Part shown: positions 10,177 through 21,786 of the stretch, piece after piece | How positions within the stretch are numbered: position 1 is the stretch's first letter | Layout: the number at the start of each line of letters is the position of its first letter | Assembly: GCA_036336835.1 (NCBI GenBank) | Contig: JAYZFK010000062.1 | Location: 64,001-128,000, forward strand | Source of the DNA: Myxococcota bacterium | GTDB taxonomy: Bacteria; Myxococcota_A; UBA9160; UBA4427 | DNA length: 64,000 nt | Reading direction: 5' to 3' | Position numbers and translations under genes: made by a program | Notes under the pieces: model-generated | What the model was told of the DNA's origin: nothing | The model's database searches: none | Seen by the model: only the letters and a program-made list of their open reading frames with translations

Positions 10177-11886
10177 CTAACTACGTTCTTCTAGCACGAG
10201 CTCGGCCACCGTCTCAGCCGCCTTCTCCACGGGGATGTCCTGACTCGATCCGTCGCGCCGGCGCTTGTACTCGAGCGTTGCAACGGCGAGCCCCCTCCGG
10301 CCGACCGTGATCCGATGCGGAATGCCGACCAGCTCGGCGTCCTTGAACTTGACGCCTGGGCGCTCGTCGCGGTCGTCGAGGAGCACTTCGATGCCACGCT
10401 CCTGGAGCGCCTCGTAGACCCGTTCGCCCACCTCGAGTGTCTCGACGCTCCTGGGATCGAGCACGGTAACCACGACCTCGAAGGGCGCCACGTTCACTGG
10501 CCAGCAGATTCCACTTTCGTCGTGGTTGGCCTCGACAACCGCCGCCACCGCACGCCCGATCCCGATGCCATACGAGCCCATGACCAGCCGTCGCTGCGAG
10601 CCGTCCTCGCCCAGCACACTGACGTCGAGTGCGTCGGTATAGCGGGTGCCGAGCTTGAAGATGTGACCGACCTCGATCGTCTTCGCTACGTCGAGCGGTT
10701 TTTCACACATCGGACACGCCTCGCCGGCGTTTACCTCGCGCAGATCGAGCCAACCCTTCACGTCGACGTCACGCTCGACATCGACGCCGCGCAGATGATG
10801 ATCGTCCTCGTTCGCACCGGTCACCATGTTGCTGCGGCCGCGCAGCGCCTCGTCGGCGATCACGAAGTGATCGACACCGACCGCACCCAACGAGCCCGCC
10901 GACGCACCCATGGCGGCGCGGATCTCGGCATCGCTGGCAGGACGGATCTCCTGCGCCTCGATCTGGTCGAGCAGCTTCTGCTCGACGAGTTGGTGATCGC
11001 CGCGCAACAGCAGGAGCACGGTCTTCCCATCGACGTGGTAGACGAGCGTCTTGATCTGCCGGCTGCTGGGCGCGCCTCCCTCGAAGCGCTCCAGATCCGC
11101 GATGGTGCGTACGCCGGGCGTCGGGAACTTCTCGGTCGCCGCCTGCGGCGCGCCGTCGTCGATGGGAGGCAGGACCGACGTCGCCTTCTCGAAGTTCGCG
11201 GCATAACCGCACGCCCCGCAGGAAGCGATCCAGTCCTCGCCGGCGTCGCTTCGCACCATGAACTCGATCGAACCGCTGCCGCCCATCATGCCGGACGATG
11301 CCTCGACGGCGACCGCATCGAGCCCGATGCGAGCGAAGATCTTCCGGTAGGCCTCGAGATGCCGGTCGAAGGCGAAATCGAGTCCGGCCTGGTCGAGGTC
11401 GAACGAGTACGAATCCTTCATGGTGAACTCGCGCACGCGCAGCAATCCACTCTTGGGTCGCGGTTCGTCGCGGAATTTCGTCTGGAACTGGAACCAGATC
11501 TGGGGCAGCTGGCGGTAGGAGCGCAGCTCTCCCGCGACGAGGGTGAAGATCTCCTCGTGCGTCATCCCGAGCGCGAGGTCCGCATCCTTTCGGTCGCACA
11601 GCCGAAACATCTCCGCACCCACGGACTCCCAGCGACCGGTCCGATCCCAGACGTCGCGCGGGTGCATGCAGGGCAGCTCGAACTCCTGCGCGCCGATCGC
11701 CTCCATCTCCTGGCGCAGAATCGCCTCGACCTTGCGGGCGACTCGCCGTCCAAGCGGAAGCAACGAGTACGAGCCGGCCATCAGCTGGCGAACGAGGCCA
11801 CCTCGCACCAGCAGCTTGTGACTCGCCGCCTCTGCATCGGCGGGATCGTCGCGAAGCGTCGGAATGAAAGCCTTCGACCAGCGCAC
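10177..11886 (-). CDS. proS: Proline--tRNA ligase
   Basis: SHKLLVRGG, FRDEPRPKSGLLRVREFTMKDSYSFD, INS editing domain, IEVGHIFKLG, MGSYGIG. Confidence 0.98.
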   Translation of the reverse strand: MRWSKAFIPTLRDDPADAEAASHKLLVRGGLVRQLMAGSYSLLPLGRRVARKVEAILRQEMEAIGAQEFELPCMHPRDVWDRTGRWESVGAEMFRLCDRKDADLALGMTHEEIFTLVAGELRSYRQLPQIWFQFQTKFRDEPRPKSGLLRVREFTMKDSYSFDLDQAGLDFAFDRHLEAYRKIFARIGLDAVAVEASSGMMGGSGSIEFMVRSDAGEDWIASCGACGYAANFEKATSVLPPIDDGAPQAATEKFPTPGVRTIADLERFEGGAPSSRQIKTLVYHVDGKTVLLLLRGDHQLVEQKLLDQIEAQEIRPASDAEIRAAMGASAGSLGAVGVDHFVIADEALRGRSNMVTGANEDDHHLRGVDVERDVDVKGWLDLREVNAGEACPMCEKPLDVAKTIEVGHIFKLGTRYTDALDVSVLGEDGSQRRLVMGSYGIGIGRAVAAVVEANHDESGICWPVNVAPFEVVVTVLDPRSVETLEVGERVYEALQERGIEVLLDDRDERPGVKFKDAELVGIPHRITVGRRGLAVATLEYKRRRDGSSQDIPVEKAAETVAELVLEERS

Positions 11887-11943
11887 GGCGTCCTCCAGCG
11901 CGCGAGCGTAGCCCTTCGCACGCGAGAACCCTCAGCGGCTCCC

Positions 11944-12810
11944 CTAGAAGGCGGTTCCGTGCTGCGCCGTGTACGGAACGAAGGCGGCCATCAGCTGAGC
12001 CGTCAGGGGGCCGACTCCACCGGCGCCGATCCGCTCTCCGTCGAGAGTCGCCACCGGGACGATACTTGCCCCGGTGCCGGTGAGGAAGCACTCGTCGGCG
12101 GCGAACAAGTCAAAGCGGCCGAGCGTCCGCTCGCGCGTTTCGACGCCGAGGCTAGACGCAATCTCGAGCACGCTCGCAGCGGTGATCCCCTCGAGCGCTC
12201 CGTCGGTCGCCGGGGGCGTGGAGAGCACGCGGTCGCGGACCGCGAACACGTTGGCGACCGCAGCCTCTGCAACGTGACCGCTCGCATTGAGGATCAGCCC
12301 CTCGTCGGCGCCACGAAGGACGGCCTCGCGTTTGGCCAGCACGCTGTTCAGATAGTTGAGGCTCTTGACGCGCGGGTCGAGCGCATCGGCCGCGGGGCGC
12401 CGGACGCTGACCGTCACGAGGGCAATCCCGTCCGCCAGCTTCTGTGGGTCGAACAGGCGAATTGCGTCGGCGATGCAGAACAGCGCCGGATCCTTGCACT
12501 GGGTCGGATCGACGCCGAGTTCGCCCGATCCACGCGTCGCGACCAGCCGCAGGTAGGCTTCGTCGCGGTCGTAGGCCCGCGCGGTCTCGAGCACCACGCG
12601 CCGGATCGCCTCGAGACCCCCCGGCAGATCGAGCCCAATCGCCCTGGCAGCGGCTCCGAAGCGGCGCAGATGATCGCCCAGCCGGAATACGCGCCGCCCG
12701 TACACGCGAATGCCCTCGAAGATGCCGTCGCCGTAGAGCAGCCCGTGGTCCGTCACCGGAATCCTCGCCTCCGCGCCGTCGACGACGCGCCCGTCGATCC
12801 AGACCTTCAC
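11944..12810 (-). CDS. ilvE: Class IV PLP aminotransferase (branched-chain amino acid aminotransferase-like)
   Basis: DHGLLYGDGIFEG, KSLNYLN, LEGIT, ECFLTGT; GTG start overlaps the IclR stop. Confidence 0.8.
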   Translation of the reverse strand: MKVWIDGRVVDGAEARIPVTDHGLLYGDGIFEGIRVYGRRVFRLGDHLRRFGAAARAIGLDLPGGLEAIRRVVLETARAYDRDEAYLRLVATRGSGELGVDPTQCKDPALFCIADAIRLFDPQKLADGIALVTVSVRRPAADALDPRVKSLNYLNSVLAKREAVLRGADEGLILNASGHVAEAAVANVFAVRDRVLSTPPATDGALEGITAASVLEIASSLGVETRERTLGRFDLFAADECFLTGTGASIVPVATLDGERIGAGGVGPLTAQLMAAFVPYTAQHGTAF

Positions 12811-13565
12811 GGCATGTCTCCTGCCAGGCGCTGGACGATGCGCTCGGCGGTCTTGCACACACGCTCGGCCAGGGCGCCCAGACCCAGCTCGCTCGCACGC
12901 GCGCTCGGCACCGCGAGCGCGACGTGTGCGAGCAGACGACCCCGGTGCACGACCGGGGCGGCTAGCACCGACAGGCCCGCAATCCACTCGTCGACGTTCG
13001 CCGCCCAGCCGCGCTCGCGCGCCAGCTCGACCTCGCGGCGAATCGCCGTCTCCGACGTGTGGGTTGCGCCGGTGAACGCCTCCGACGGGGCGATCGCGAA
13101 CTCGAGCTCGGAGGGAGCCAGCGCGAGCTGGAGCTTGCCGACGGCGGTCGCGTGAACCGGCACGACTGCACCGACCCGGGGCGCGGCGCGCAGGAAGCCC
13201 GTGCCCTCCGCCTTGTCCAGGACGACCAGCTGACCGCCCCGGGCCGCGACCAGAAAGAACGTCTCGCCGAGCGATTCGGCCTCCTGCTCGATGATCGGCC
13301 GGGCGGCAGCCACGGCGGGCTCGCGTTCGAGCACGCCGAGCCCGAGCGCGATCAGCCCGATCCCGAGCCGGTAGCGACCCCGCTCGTCCTGCTCGACGAG
13401 GCCTCGCCTCCGCAGCGCAGCGAGCAGCCGATGGGCGCTCGACTTGGGCAGGCAGAGCGCGCGGCTGAGCGCGGTCACGCCGAGCGAAACCTCTGCCGCA
13501 TGCAACGCGAAGAGTACGTCGATCGCTTTGTCTACCGTGGCGAGGGGCGGTTCCACGTCGCCCAT
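12807..13565 (-). CDS. IclR family transcriptional regulator
   Basis: N-terminal HTH (LPKSSAHRLLAAL) and HATAVGK effector-domain motif. Confidence 0.92.
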   Translation of the reverse strand: MGDVEPPLATVDKAIDVLFALHAAEVSLGVTALSRALCLPKSSAHRLLAALRRRGLVEQDERGRYRLGIGLIALGLGVLEREPAVAAARPIIEQEAESLGETFFLVAARGGQLVVLDKAEGTGFLRAAPRVGAVVPVHATAVGKLQLALAPSELEFAIAPSEAFTGATHTSETAIRREVELARERGWAANVDEWIAGLSVLAAPVVHRGRLLAHVALAVPSARASELGLGALAERVCKTAERIVQRLAGDMP

Positions 13566-13586
13566 GGCCTCCCCTTCGGACTGATC

Positions 13587-13633
13587 TATTTGTTCCAGAT
13601 ATCAGATCAGAGTATCGGATAATGGAACATATA
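13587..13633. promoter_or_regulatory. AT-rich inverted repeat upstream of IclR, candidate autoregulatory operator
   Basis: tatttgttcca (13587-13597) ... tggaacatata (13623-13633), one mismatch. Confidence 0.5.
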
Positions 13634-13705
13634 TTCTTAACGACGAATCTGGAGCCGCGCAAGGCCCGCCCGGAAGCTCTCGGACAAGGCAACGGGGGAG
13701 GGCGC

Positions 13706-14848
13706 TCAGACCAGCCGGACGAGCGCCGCCGTGTGCGTCAGCAGGCTCGAGGTCGCCCTGCGAGTGCCCGCGATCTGGTACGAGCCGATCAGGCCGAGCC
13801 AGGGGGCGGGGCGAAAGGCGCGGGCCAGGTAGCCGGATTCGATGCCCGCGTGTCCGAACAGCGCCTCGCCACGAGCCCGACAGCTCGACGCCAGGCCGAT
13901 TCCTCCGCCTTCGGAGAGGGGTGCGAGACTCTCTCCGGCAGCCGCCAGCGCCTCGCGTGCCGCCAGGGCGTCTCGACGGGCGAAGGCGAGCCTCTGTCCG
14001 ACCTCGACAGGCTCGGCCAGGGCGATCGCCCCCTGCTCCGGGTCGATCCCGACCACACCGCGAACGAGCGCCGGCTCGGGCTCCGCACCCGGAAGCTCGG
14101 GCAGCGCAACCAGCACGCTGCGCATCGCTCGACGCTCGTCGTCCCACAACGCACCCGCCGCATCGCGAAACTCCTCGAGAGCCGAAGCCCCGTCGAGCTC
14201 GACGATCCAGTTGCCCCGTGTGCTGGTCACGGTACGTGTCCCACAGAGCGAGGTCGCCGGTGCGAGCGCGCAGCGCAGCGCAGAAGGCGCCCGCAGCCGG
14301 ATCGCGAGCGCCCCGCCCTCGGACACCTCGCCGTCGATCGCGTGTGCCGCCGGGCCCCCTGCGGGCCCTTCGACGCCAACACCGAGCACACAGGCTGGCG
14401 CACAGCGCGAGAGTCCCGCAGCCAGCGAACGCGGATCGAGTTCGTGCGCGTCGGCGACGACGAGCACCAGGTCGTCGCAGCCGAGATCGGCGAAGGTTGC
14501 CACCAGCTCGTCGCCGAGCTCGTCCTCGCGGCCCCTGGCGTGATCGAACGAATGGAGATCGAAGCGCACGCCGGCGCCACCGAGCGCGAGCACCGCCACG
14601 GCCGGCATCGCCGCGCGCTCGCCTGCGTCCGATATCACGCCCTCGACGTGAACCGCCACACAGACTCCCGCCCCGGCAAGCCCTGGGACGCTCGCCTGCC
14701 GCAGTGCCGCACTGCACCCATGGGCTGTGCTCACGAAGGCAATGGCGAGCGCCGCCGGGCCGCCGAGGTTCGCCAGCGCCGCGTCGCCTGCCTGCTCCAT
14801 CGCCCGACCTGGGTCGAGGCCCTCGTCGACTGCCACAGCGGCCCGCAT
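13706..14848 (-). CDS. FIST-domain sensory protein
   Basis: VTSTRGNWIVELDG, LVRGVVGIDP, SCRARGEALFG, IAG...LLTHTA; start trimmed to ATG 14848. Confidence 0.8.
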   Translation of the reverse strand: MRAAVAVDEGLDPGRAMEQAGDAALANLGGPAALAIAFVSTAHGCSAALRQASVPGLAGAGVCVAVHVEGVISDAGERAAMPAVAVLALGGAGVRFDLHSFDHARGREDELGDELVATFADLGCDDLVLVVADAHELDPRSLAAGLSRCAPACVLGVGVEGPAGGPAAHAIDGEVSEGGALAIRLRAPSALRCALAPATSLCGTRTVTSTRGNWIVELDGASALEEFRDAAGALWDDERRAMRSVLVALPELPGAEPEPALVRGVVGIDPEQGAIALAEPVEVGQRLAFARRDALAAREALAAAGESLAPLSEGGGIGLASSCRARGEALFGHAGIESGYLARAFRPAPWLGLIGSYQIAGTRRATSSLLTHTAALVRLV

Positions 14849-15007
14849 CGCAGCCGAGTATACGAATCGCCCCGCGGGAGGCAGCGGGGTGCCGTTTCGG
14901 CTGTCCTGGCTCTCGGCTAGCATCGCGCAGTCGGCGTGCCGCCCTCCTCGGCGTCGGTTTTGCTCGCTCCCCTGTTGCAACTGAGGCCCGTGGGCCAATT
15001 CGAGGGC

Positions 15008-16180
15008 GTGGTGGCAGACTTCGAGATCATCGAGCGGGAGAGCGAACTCGAAGCGCTCGCTGCCGACCTCCTGAAAGAGAAGGTCGTCGCCGTCGATACC
15101 GAGGCCGACAGCTTCTACCACTACTTCGACAAGACCTGCCTGATCCAGATCGCCACGCGCAAACGCATCTATCTCGTCGACCCTCTCGCGATGGACGGCG
15201 CTGAGAAGCTGGCGCCGCTGGGTCCACTGTTCGCCTCGCCCGACGTCTGCGTCCTGTTCCACGCCGCGGAGTACGACATCTTCGTCCTCAAGCGCGACTA
15301 CGGCTTCGAGTTCGCAAACCTGTTCGACACGATGGTCAGCGCGCAGCTGCTCGGATACCGGGCCGTCGGGCTCGCCGCACTGATCGAGCACCACTTCGGC
15401 TTGAAGCTGCCGAAGGACGAACAGCGATCCGACTGGTCACGCCGACCACTGACCGCCAAGCAACTCGACTACGCCGCGTCCGATGTGAAGTTCTTGATCC
15501 GGTTGTCGGAGAAGCTCGGGCGGGAGCTGCGCAAGGCGAAGCGACTCGAGTGGGCAGAGGCTGAGTTCGAGTCGCTGACACAGCGCAGGTGGCCGGAGAG
15601 AAGCTTCGACGAGCTCGGCTATCTGCGCATCAAGGGCGCGCGCAAGCTCGAGTCGAAGTCGCTGTCGATCCTGCGCGAGCTCCACATCCTGAGGGACCGA
15701 CGCGCCCGCGAGATCGATCGCCCGCCCTTCAAGGTGCTGGGCAATCGCACGTTGATCCAGATCGCCCAGGACAAGCCGCGCAGCCTGGCCGCGCTCGGCG
15801 AGATCAAGGGCGTCACGGAGTTGATTCTTCGCCGCATGGGCAGCGAACTGATGTCAGCAGTGCGCGACGGGCGCAAGCAGGAGCACGGCCCGATCCCCAA
15901 GCTCGCGAGCAACGGCCGACGCCGGATGGACCGCCGCAGCGAGAAGCGTCTCGAAGTGCTGAAGAAGTGGCGACAGCGTCGTGCGGCCGAGCTCGAGCTC
16001 GATCCCGGTGTGCTTTGCCCGAATGCGTCACTGGAAGCGATCGCCTCAAAGCCCCCGATAGCGGCCAGCGATCTCGAGGGACGCAAGCAGCTCAAGGGCT
16101 GGTTCGCCCGGGCATTCGGGGAAGAGATCGCGGAGCTGCTGGCCGACGACGACGATCGATCCGGCAAGGACACTCGCTAG
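15008..16180 (+). CDS. rnd: Ribonuclease D (DEDDy exonuclease plus HRDC domains)
   Basis: AVDTEADS, CLIQIAT, FDTMVSAQLLG, SDWSRRPLT, YAASDV, and two HRDC-like regions. Confidence 0.92.
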   Translation: MVADFEIIERESELEALAADLLKEKVVAVDTEADSFYHYFDKTCLIQIATRKRIYLVDPLAMDGAEKLAPLGPLFASPDVCVLFHAAEYDIFVLKRDYGFEFANLFDTMVSAQLLGYRAVGLAALIEHHFGLKLPKDEQRSDWSRRPLTAKQLDYAASDVKFLIRLSEKLGRELRKAKRLEWAEAEFESLTQRRWPERSFDELGYLRIKGARKLESKSLSILRELHILRDRRAREIDRPPFKVLGNRTLIQIAQDKPRSLAALGEIKGVTELILRRMGSELMSAVRDGRKQEHGPIPKLASNGRRRMDRRSEKRLEVLKKWRQRRAAELELDPGVLCPNASLEAIASKPPIAASDLEGRKQLKGWFARAFGEEIAELLADDDDRSGKDTR

Positions 16181-16222
16181 CTGCGGCGAGCCATGGAGCG
16201 GCGCGGATCGGGCGGGAACCCA

Positions 16223-16263
16223 GAAAACGTCGACCCCCCGGCTGACCTTCAGCTGGGGGGTCG
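16223..16263 (-). terminator. Rho-independent terminator of the candidate sRNA
   Basis: Minus strand CGACCCCCCAGCTG-AAGGT-CAGCCGGGGGGTCG hairpin followed by ACGTTTT. Confidence 0.7.
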
Positions 16264-16411
16264 TGATCTGACTCGGGTGCAACGAAGTTGGGAAGGCGGG
16301 GTGCCGTTCTGGGGGAAAGCGCCTCAGTCTCTTGCCTCGTTGCAGGAGTTGAGCGAGCCGGGGAACGCGCCCGTTAAATCCCCGGCCCACTCAGATCAGA
16401 TCTCCTGTTGT
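16223..16411 (-). ncRNA. Candidate sigma54-dependent structured small RNA (~190 nt)
   Basis: Bounded by a sigma54 promoter (predicted +1 near 16411) and an intrinsic terminator; contains a 15-bp stem (16350-16364/16379-16393), an 8-bp stem (16278-16285/16337-16344) and C-rich loops. Confidence 0.65.
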
Positions 16412-16421
16412 AGTTAGCTAG

Positions 16422-16438
16422 AGCACGCTGCGTGCCAA
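16422..16438 (-). promoter_or_regulatory. sigma54 (-24/-12) promoter
   Basis: TTGGCACG-CAGC-GTGCT on the minus strand, with correct GG/GC spacing. Confidence 0.75.
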
Positions 16439-16463
16439 CTCCGTCGACCTCGTGGGATGGATG

Positions 16464-16476
16464 CAAGTGGTTGATA
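16464..16476 (-). promoter_or_regulatory. IHF site
   Basis: TATCAACCACTTG is an exact match to WATCAANNNNTTR, at about -53 to -65 of the sigma54 start. Confidence 0.65.
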
Positions 16477-16559
16477 TTACTTGGCTCTACTCCATGAATG
16501 GTGTTTCCACCCCGCAATCTGATGTTGCATGCTGGCAGAGCGAAGCACCCCGATCCACC

Positions 16560-17744
16560 TTGGGGGCAGCCAGCCGAATCCAGCAATATCAACAGGTTGT
16601 CGCCGCCGCATCCAAGAGTTCCAGTGCATCTCAATGTTGCGGCTGGCTGCTCGGGCTGCTGACGGCCCTGGGCTGCTCGGGCAACCCCGCCGTGCAGATT
16701 CACGAATTCGGACAGCCGAGTTCGGCCGAACGCTACTGCGCGTGGTTCGGAGAGGCTCGGGACGGGGTGCTCTACTTCGGCCAGGCGCCCTTCTGGTCGG
16801 CTGCGCGCCAGGCCAATGCGCCAGAAGCCGATCTCGCCGCGCCCGGGCCACAGTGGATCGGACGCTTCGATCTTGCGGCTCGAGAGCCACAGCCGACACT
16901 CGACGTGTCGGCGAACGGGGCCCGATCCGGCGTCTGGGACGTGCTGCCCCACCCGAACGGACGTGTCTACTTCACGACCTTCTACGAGCCCGCCGGCTCG
17001 ATCGACCTCGCAACCGGCGACGTGGCCCGCTACCCCGATCTCGGGACCGGCTTGAACGAGCTGGCCTTCGGGCCCGAGGACGCGATCGTCGCCACACGCT
17101 ACGCAGGCCGGGGCGACGACCCGCGCGGGAGTGGCTCGCTGGTCCTCTTCTCGCCCGAGGGGCTGCTCCTGGCCGAGTACCCGCTCCGCGCGCCGATCGG
17201 CTACGCGCTGGCTCCCAAGACCGCGGCCTGGGACGAGGCCGGCAACCGCTATTGGCTGAGCACCGATCTCGTGCGTCGCGACCCCGACGCACCGCCGGCG
17301 CCCTCCGAGCATCCGGCGATCGTCCTCGACGCGGGCGGCTCCGAGATCGCCCGCATCGGCGGCGTCGAGCTCCACTTCGTCCGCTTTGGTCGCGACGGCC
17401 GGGGCGTCGCGGCCTACGTCGCCGAGGGCGAGCTGCGACTGGTCGAGCTGGGCCCGGGCGAACCGCGCCGGCAGCTCGCGCCCGGCAGCGGCGAGCTGCT
17501 CGATGCGAACTTCCCGGCGCTGCTCGACTTCGTGCAGGACATCTCGTTCGGCCCCGAGCGAGAAACCATCGTCACCCGCTGGAGCGGCCGCGTCCACGTG
17601 CTCGGCCTGGGAGGCGAGCGGCGCGATCTCCAGCTGCCGCGCGACGATCCTGCGGGCCTCTACTACAGCGCAGCGCTGTCGGCCGGTGAAATCTGCGCAA
17701 CCTACTGCGCCGACGTGGCTGTCGTGTGCGCTCGGCTGCCGTGA
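16560..17744 (+). CDS. Hypothetical lipoprotein, probably beta-propeller-like (start uncertain)
   Basis: LLTALGC lipobox-like segment and repeated beta-strand motifs (GRVYFTT, GVLYFGQ). The nearest in-frame standard start is TTG 16560, which overlaps the regulatory region. Confidence 0.6.
   Translation: MGAASRIQQYQQVVAAASKSSSASQCCGWLLGLLTALGCSGNPAVQIHEFGQPSSAERYCAWFGEARDGVLYFGQAPFWSAARQANAPEADLAAPGPQWIGRFDLAAREPQPTLDVSANGARSGVWDVLPHPNGRVYFTTFYEPAGSIDLATGDVARYPDLGTGLNELAFGPEDAIVATRYAGRGDDPRGSGSLVLFSPEGLLLAEYPLRAPIGYALAPKTAAWDEAGNRYWLSTDLVRRDPDAPPAPSEHPAIVLDAGGSEIARIGGVELHFVRFGRDGRGVAAYVAEGELRLVELGPGEPRRQLAPGSGELLDANFPALLDFVQDISFGPERETIVTRWSGRVHVLGLGGERRDLQLPRDDPAGLYYSAALSAGEICATYCADVAVVCARLP
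16587..16599 (+). promoter_or_regulatory. Second IHF site
   Basis: TATCAACAGGTTG is an exact match to WATCAANNNNTTR; it lies between two copies of GCA-N6-TGTTGC (16514-16528, 16626-16640). Confidence 0.55.
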
Positions 17745-17768
17745 CGGGGCTCGGGTAGACTCGCGGCC

Positions 17769-19061
17769 GTGTTCGAGCAGAGACGCAAGCGCTTGCTGGA
17801 AGCGATGGGCCCGGATGCGGTGGCGATCCTCCAGGGGGCCCGGTGTGCAACGCGCTCGAACGACACCGAGTTCCGCTTCCGGCAGGACAGCGATTTCTGG
17901 TACCTGAGCGGCTTCGACCACCCCGACGCCGTCGCGGTGATGAGAACCGACGGCGGGCCCGCGTACACGTTATTCGTACAGCCGCGCAATCCCGAGGCAG
18001 AGGTGTGGACCGGATTTCGTCCCGGAGTCGAAGGGGCGAAGGACGACTACGGTGCTGACGAGGCCTTTGCCATCGACGAGCTGCACCAACGCCTTCCCGA
18101 GCTGCTTGCAAAGGCGAAGCGCCTCCACCACCAGTTTGGGCGCGACCCGAAGCTCGATGCGGCGGCGATCGAGACCCTCGACGCAATGCGGCGGCGCTCT
18201 CGGCAGGGCGCCATCCCACCGTCCCAGATCATCGATCCACGCGAGATCCTGCACGAGATGCGGCTGTTCAAGAGCGCGCACGAGCTCGAGCTGATGCGTC
18301 GTGCGGCCGCAATCTCGCACGAGGCACACGCCGAAGCGGCGAAGCTCGCGCACGAGGGCCACCACGAGTACGAGCTCGAGGCGGTACTCGACTACACCTA
18401 TCGACGTCGCGGGGGCTGGGGGCCGGCGTACGGAACGATCGTGGCGGGCGGATCGAATGCCACTGTGCTGCACTACATCACCAACGATCAGCCGCTCCGA
18501 AACGGCGATCTCGTGCTGATCGACTCCGGCGCCGAGTTCCAGGGCTACGCATCCGACGTGACACGCACCTATCCGGTGGGCGGCCGCTTCGCCAGCTCGC
18601 ACCGCGCCGTCTATGAAGCTGTGCTCGAGGCGCAGCTCGCAGGGCTCGCGCTCTGCCAGCCCGGCAAGACGCTTCAGGACGTGCACGTGGCGACAACGCG
18701 CAGGCTCGTAGAGGGAATGGTATCGCTGGGCCTCGTGTCGGGAACCGTCGACGACATCATGGAGCAGCAGTCCTACCGCCCGTTCTACATGCACAGCACG
18801 TCCCACTGGCTCGGCCTCGACGTCCATGATGTCGGCTACTACTCGCACGACGAGGTGCCTCGACAACTCGAGCCCGGCATGGCGTTCACGGTCGAGCCGG
18901 GTATCTACATCTCGAAAGACGCCAAAGCTGCTCCCGAGCACCTTCGCGGTATCGGTGTGAGGATCGAGGACGACGTGGTGATCAGCGATGCCGGCCACGA
19001 GAACCTCAACGCGGCGATCCCGAAGCGAGTCGACGAAATCGAGGCCTGGGTGTCAAGCTAG
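17769..19061 (+). CDS. pepP: Xaa-Pro aminopeptidase
   Basis: FRQDSDFWYLSG, LIDSGAE..YASDVTRT, HWLGLDVHD, TVEPGIY, GVRIEDDV. Confidence 0.95.
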   Translation: MFEQRRKRLLEAMGPDAVAILQGARCATRSNDTEFRFRQDSDFWYLSGFDHPDAVAVMRTDGGPAYTLFVQPRNPEAEVWTGFRPGVEGAKDDYGADEAFAIDELHQRLPELLAKAKRLHHQFGRDPKLDAAAIETLDAMRRRSRQGAIPPSQIIDPREILHEMRLFKSAHELELMRRAAAISHEAHAEAAKLAHEGHHEYELEAVLDYTYRRRGGWGPAYGTIVAGGSNATVLHYITNDQPLRNGDLVLIDSGAEFQGYASDVTRTYPVGGRFASSHRAVYEAVLEAQLAGLALCQPGKTLQDVHVATTRRLVEGMVSLGLVSGTVDDIMEQQSYRPFYMHSTSHWLGLDVHDVGYYSHDEVPRQLEPGMAFTVEPGIYISKDAKAAPEHLRGIGVRIEDDVVISDAGHENLNAAIPKRVDEIEAWVSS

Positions 19062-19079
19062 GAGGACGACGGAGCGCGA

Positions 19080-21029
<1,950 letters not shown>

Positions 21030-21053
21030 TCAACAGGCTCCCGGTTCGCGCAT

Positions 21054-21716
21054 TCAACCCCGACGCCGGACGCGGCGGAGGTTGGCGACCTTGGATTCGA
21101 TGCTTCGGTAGAGCTCGTCCACGTCGACGGGAATGTTCTTCTCGTAGCGCCTCGAGATCATCGTGATGGGGAAGAAGACGTCTTCGCGAGTGCCGAAGCG
21201 CAGTGCGCGCGTGCGACCGTATTCATCGTCGACGACCACCCATGCGAGATCGAGATGCTCGGCCAGCACGTCGCCCAGCACGACACCCAGGGCCTGGAGC
21301 TCGAAGCTCTGATCGCTGGCGAGCACGCGCTGGTCGATGAGCGTCTGCAGGATTCGCAGATCGGCCAGGGCACCGCCCCGAGGCGCCGCACCGACGTGGC
21401 GTCGCGCAAGCTCGTCGATGACAACACGCTGCCGTTCGAGGCGGCGGCGATCTCCGTCCCGCAACGGCTGGACGATCGAATCCACGGACTCGCGCAGCAT
21501 CGTCTTCTGCGCCTCATCGAGCACCACACGGGCCCGCTCCGCGTATGCATTGGAGGGCGTGAGGTCGTTCTCCGCGTACCAGTAGGCACCGCCCAGCACA
21601 ACGATGCAGAAGACGTAGAACAGCCCCTGGCGCTGCACGCTTCGCGTTCGGCGCTTGCGGCGCTCGGCGTTGCGCCGTTGACGCAGCTCCTTGATGTTCT
21701 CTTCCGATCGCTCCAT
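21054..21716 (-). CDS. Membrane-anchored DUF3806-like protein
   Basis: One N-terminal TM helix; LQALGVVLGD...WVVVDDEYG...FPITMISRR. Confidence 0.65.
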   Translation of the reverse strand: MERSEENIKELRQRRNAERRKRRTRSVQRQGLFYVFCIVVLGGAYWYAENDLTPSNAYAERARVVLDEAQKTMLRESVDSIVQPLRDGDRRRLERQRVVIDELARRHVGAAPRGGALADLRILQTLIDQRVLASDQSFELQALGVVLGDVLAEHLDLAWVVVDDEYGRTRALRFGTREDVFFPITMISRRYEKNIPVDVDELYRSIESKVANLRRVRRRG

Positions 21717-21786
21717 CGCGGCTCCGGATCCAGGATGCGCGAAGGCTCCTGCGTCAGCCTATCACGTGGGAATCCGGGCCCGCCCG

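Noticed and set aside
10315..13155. 946-aa plus-strand ORF
   Set aside because: Antisense shadow of proS, the aminotransferase and IclR; no recognisable motifs; expected in high-GC DNA.
16046..16390. 114-aa ORF downstream of the sigma54 promoter (AGGAG ... GTG)
   Set aside because: It runs through the terminator and overlaps rnd antisense by 135 bp, with atypical codons. An sRNA explains the region better, though translation is not formally excluded.
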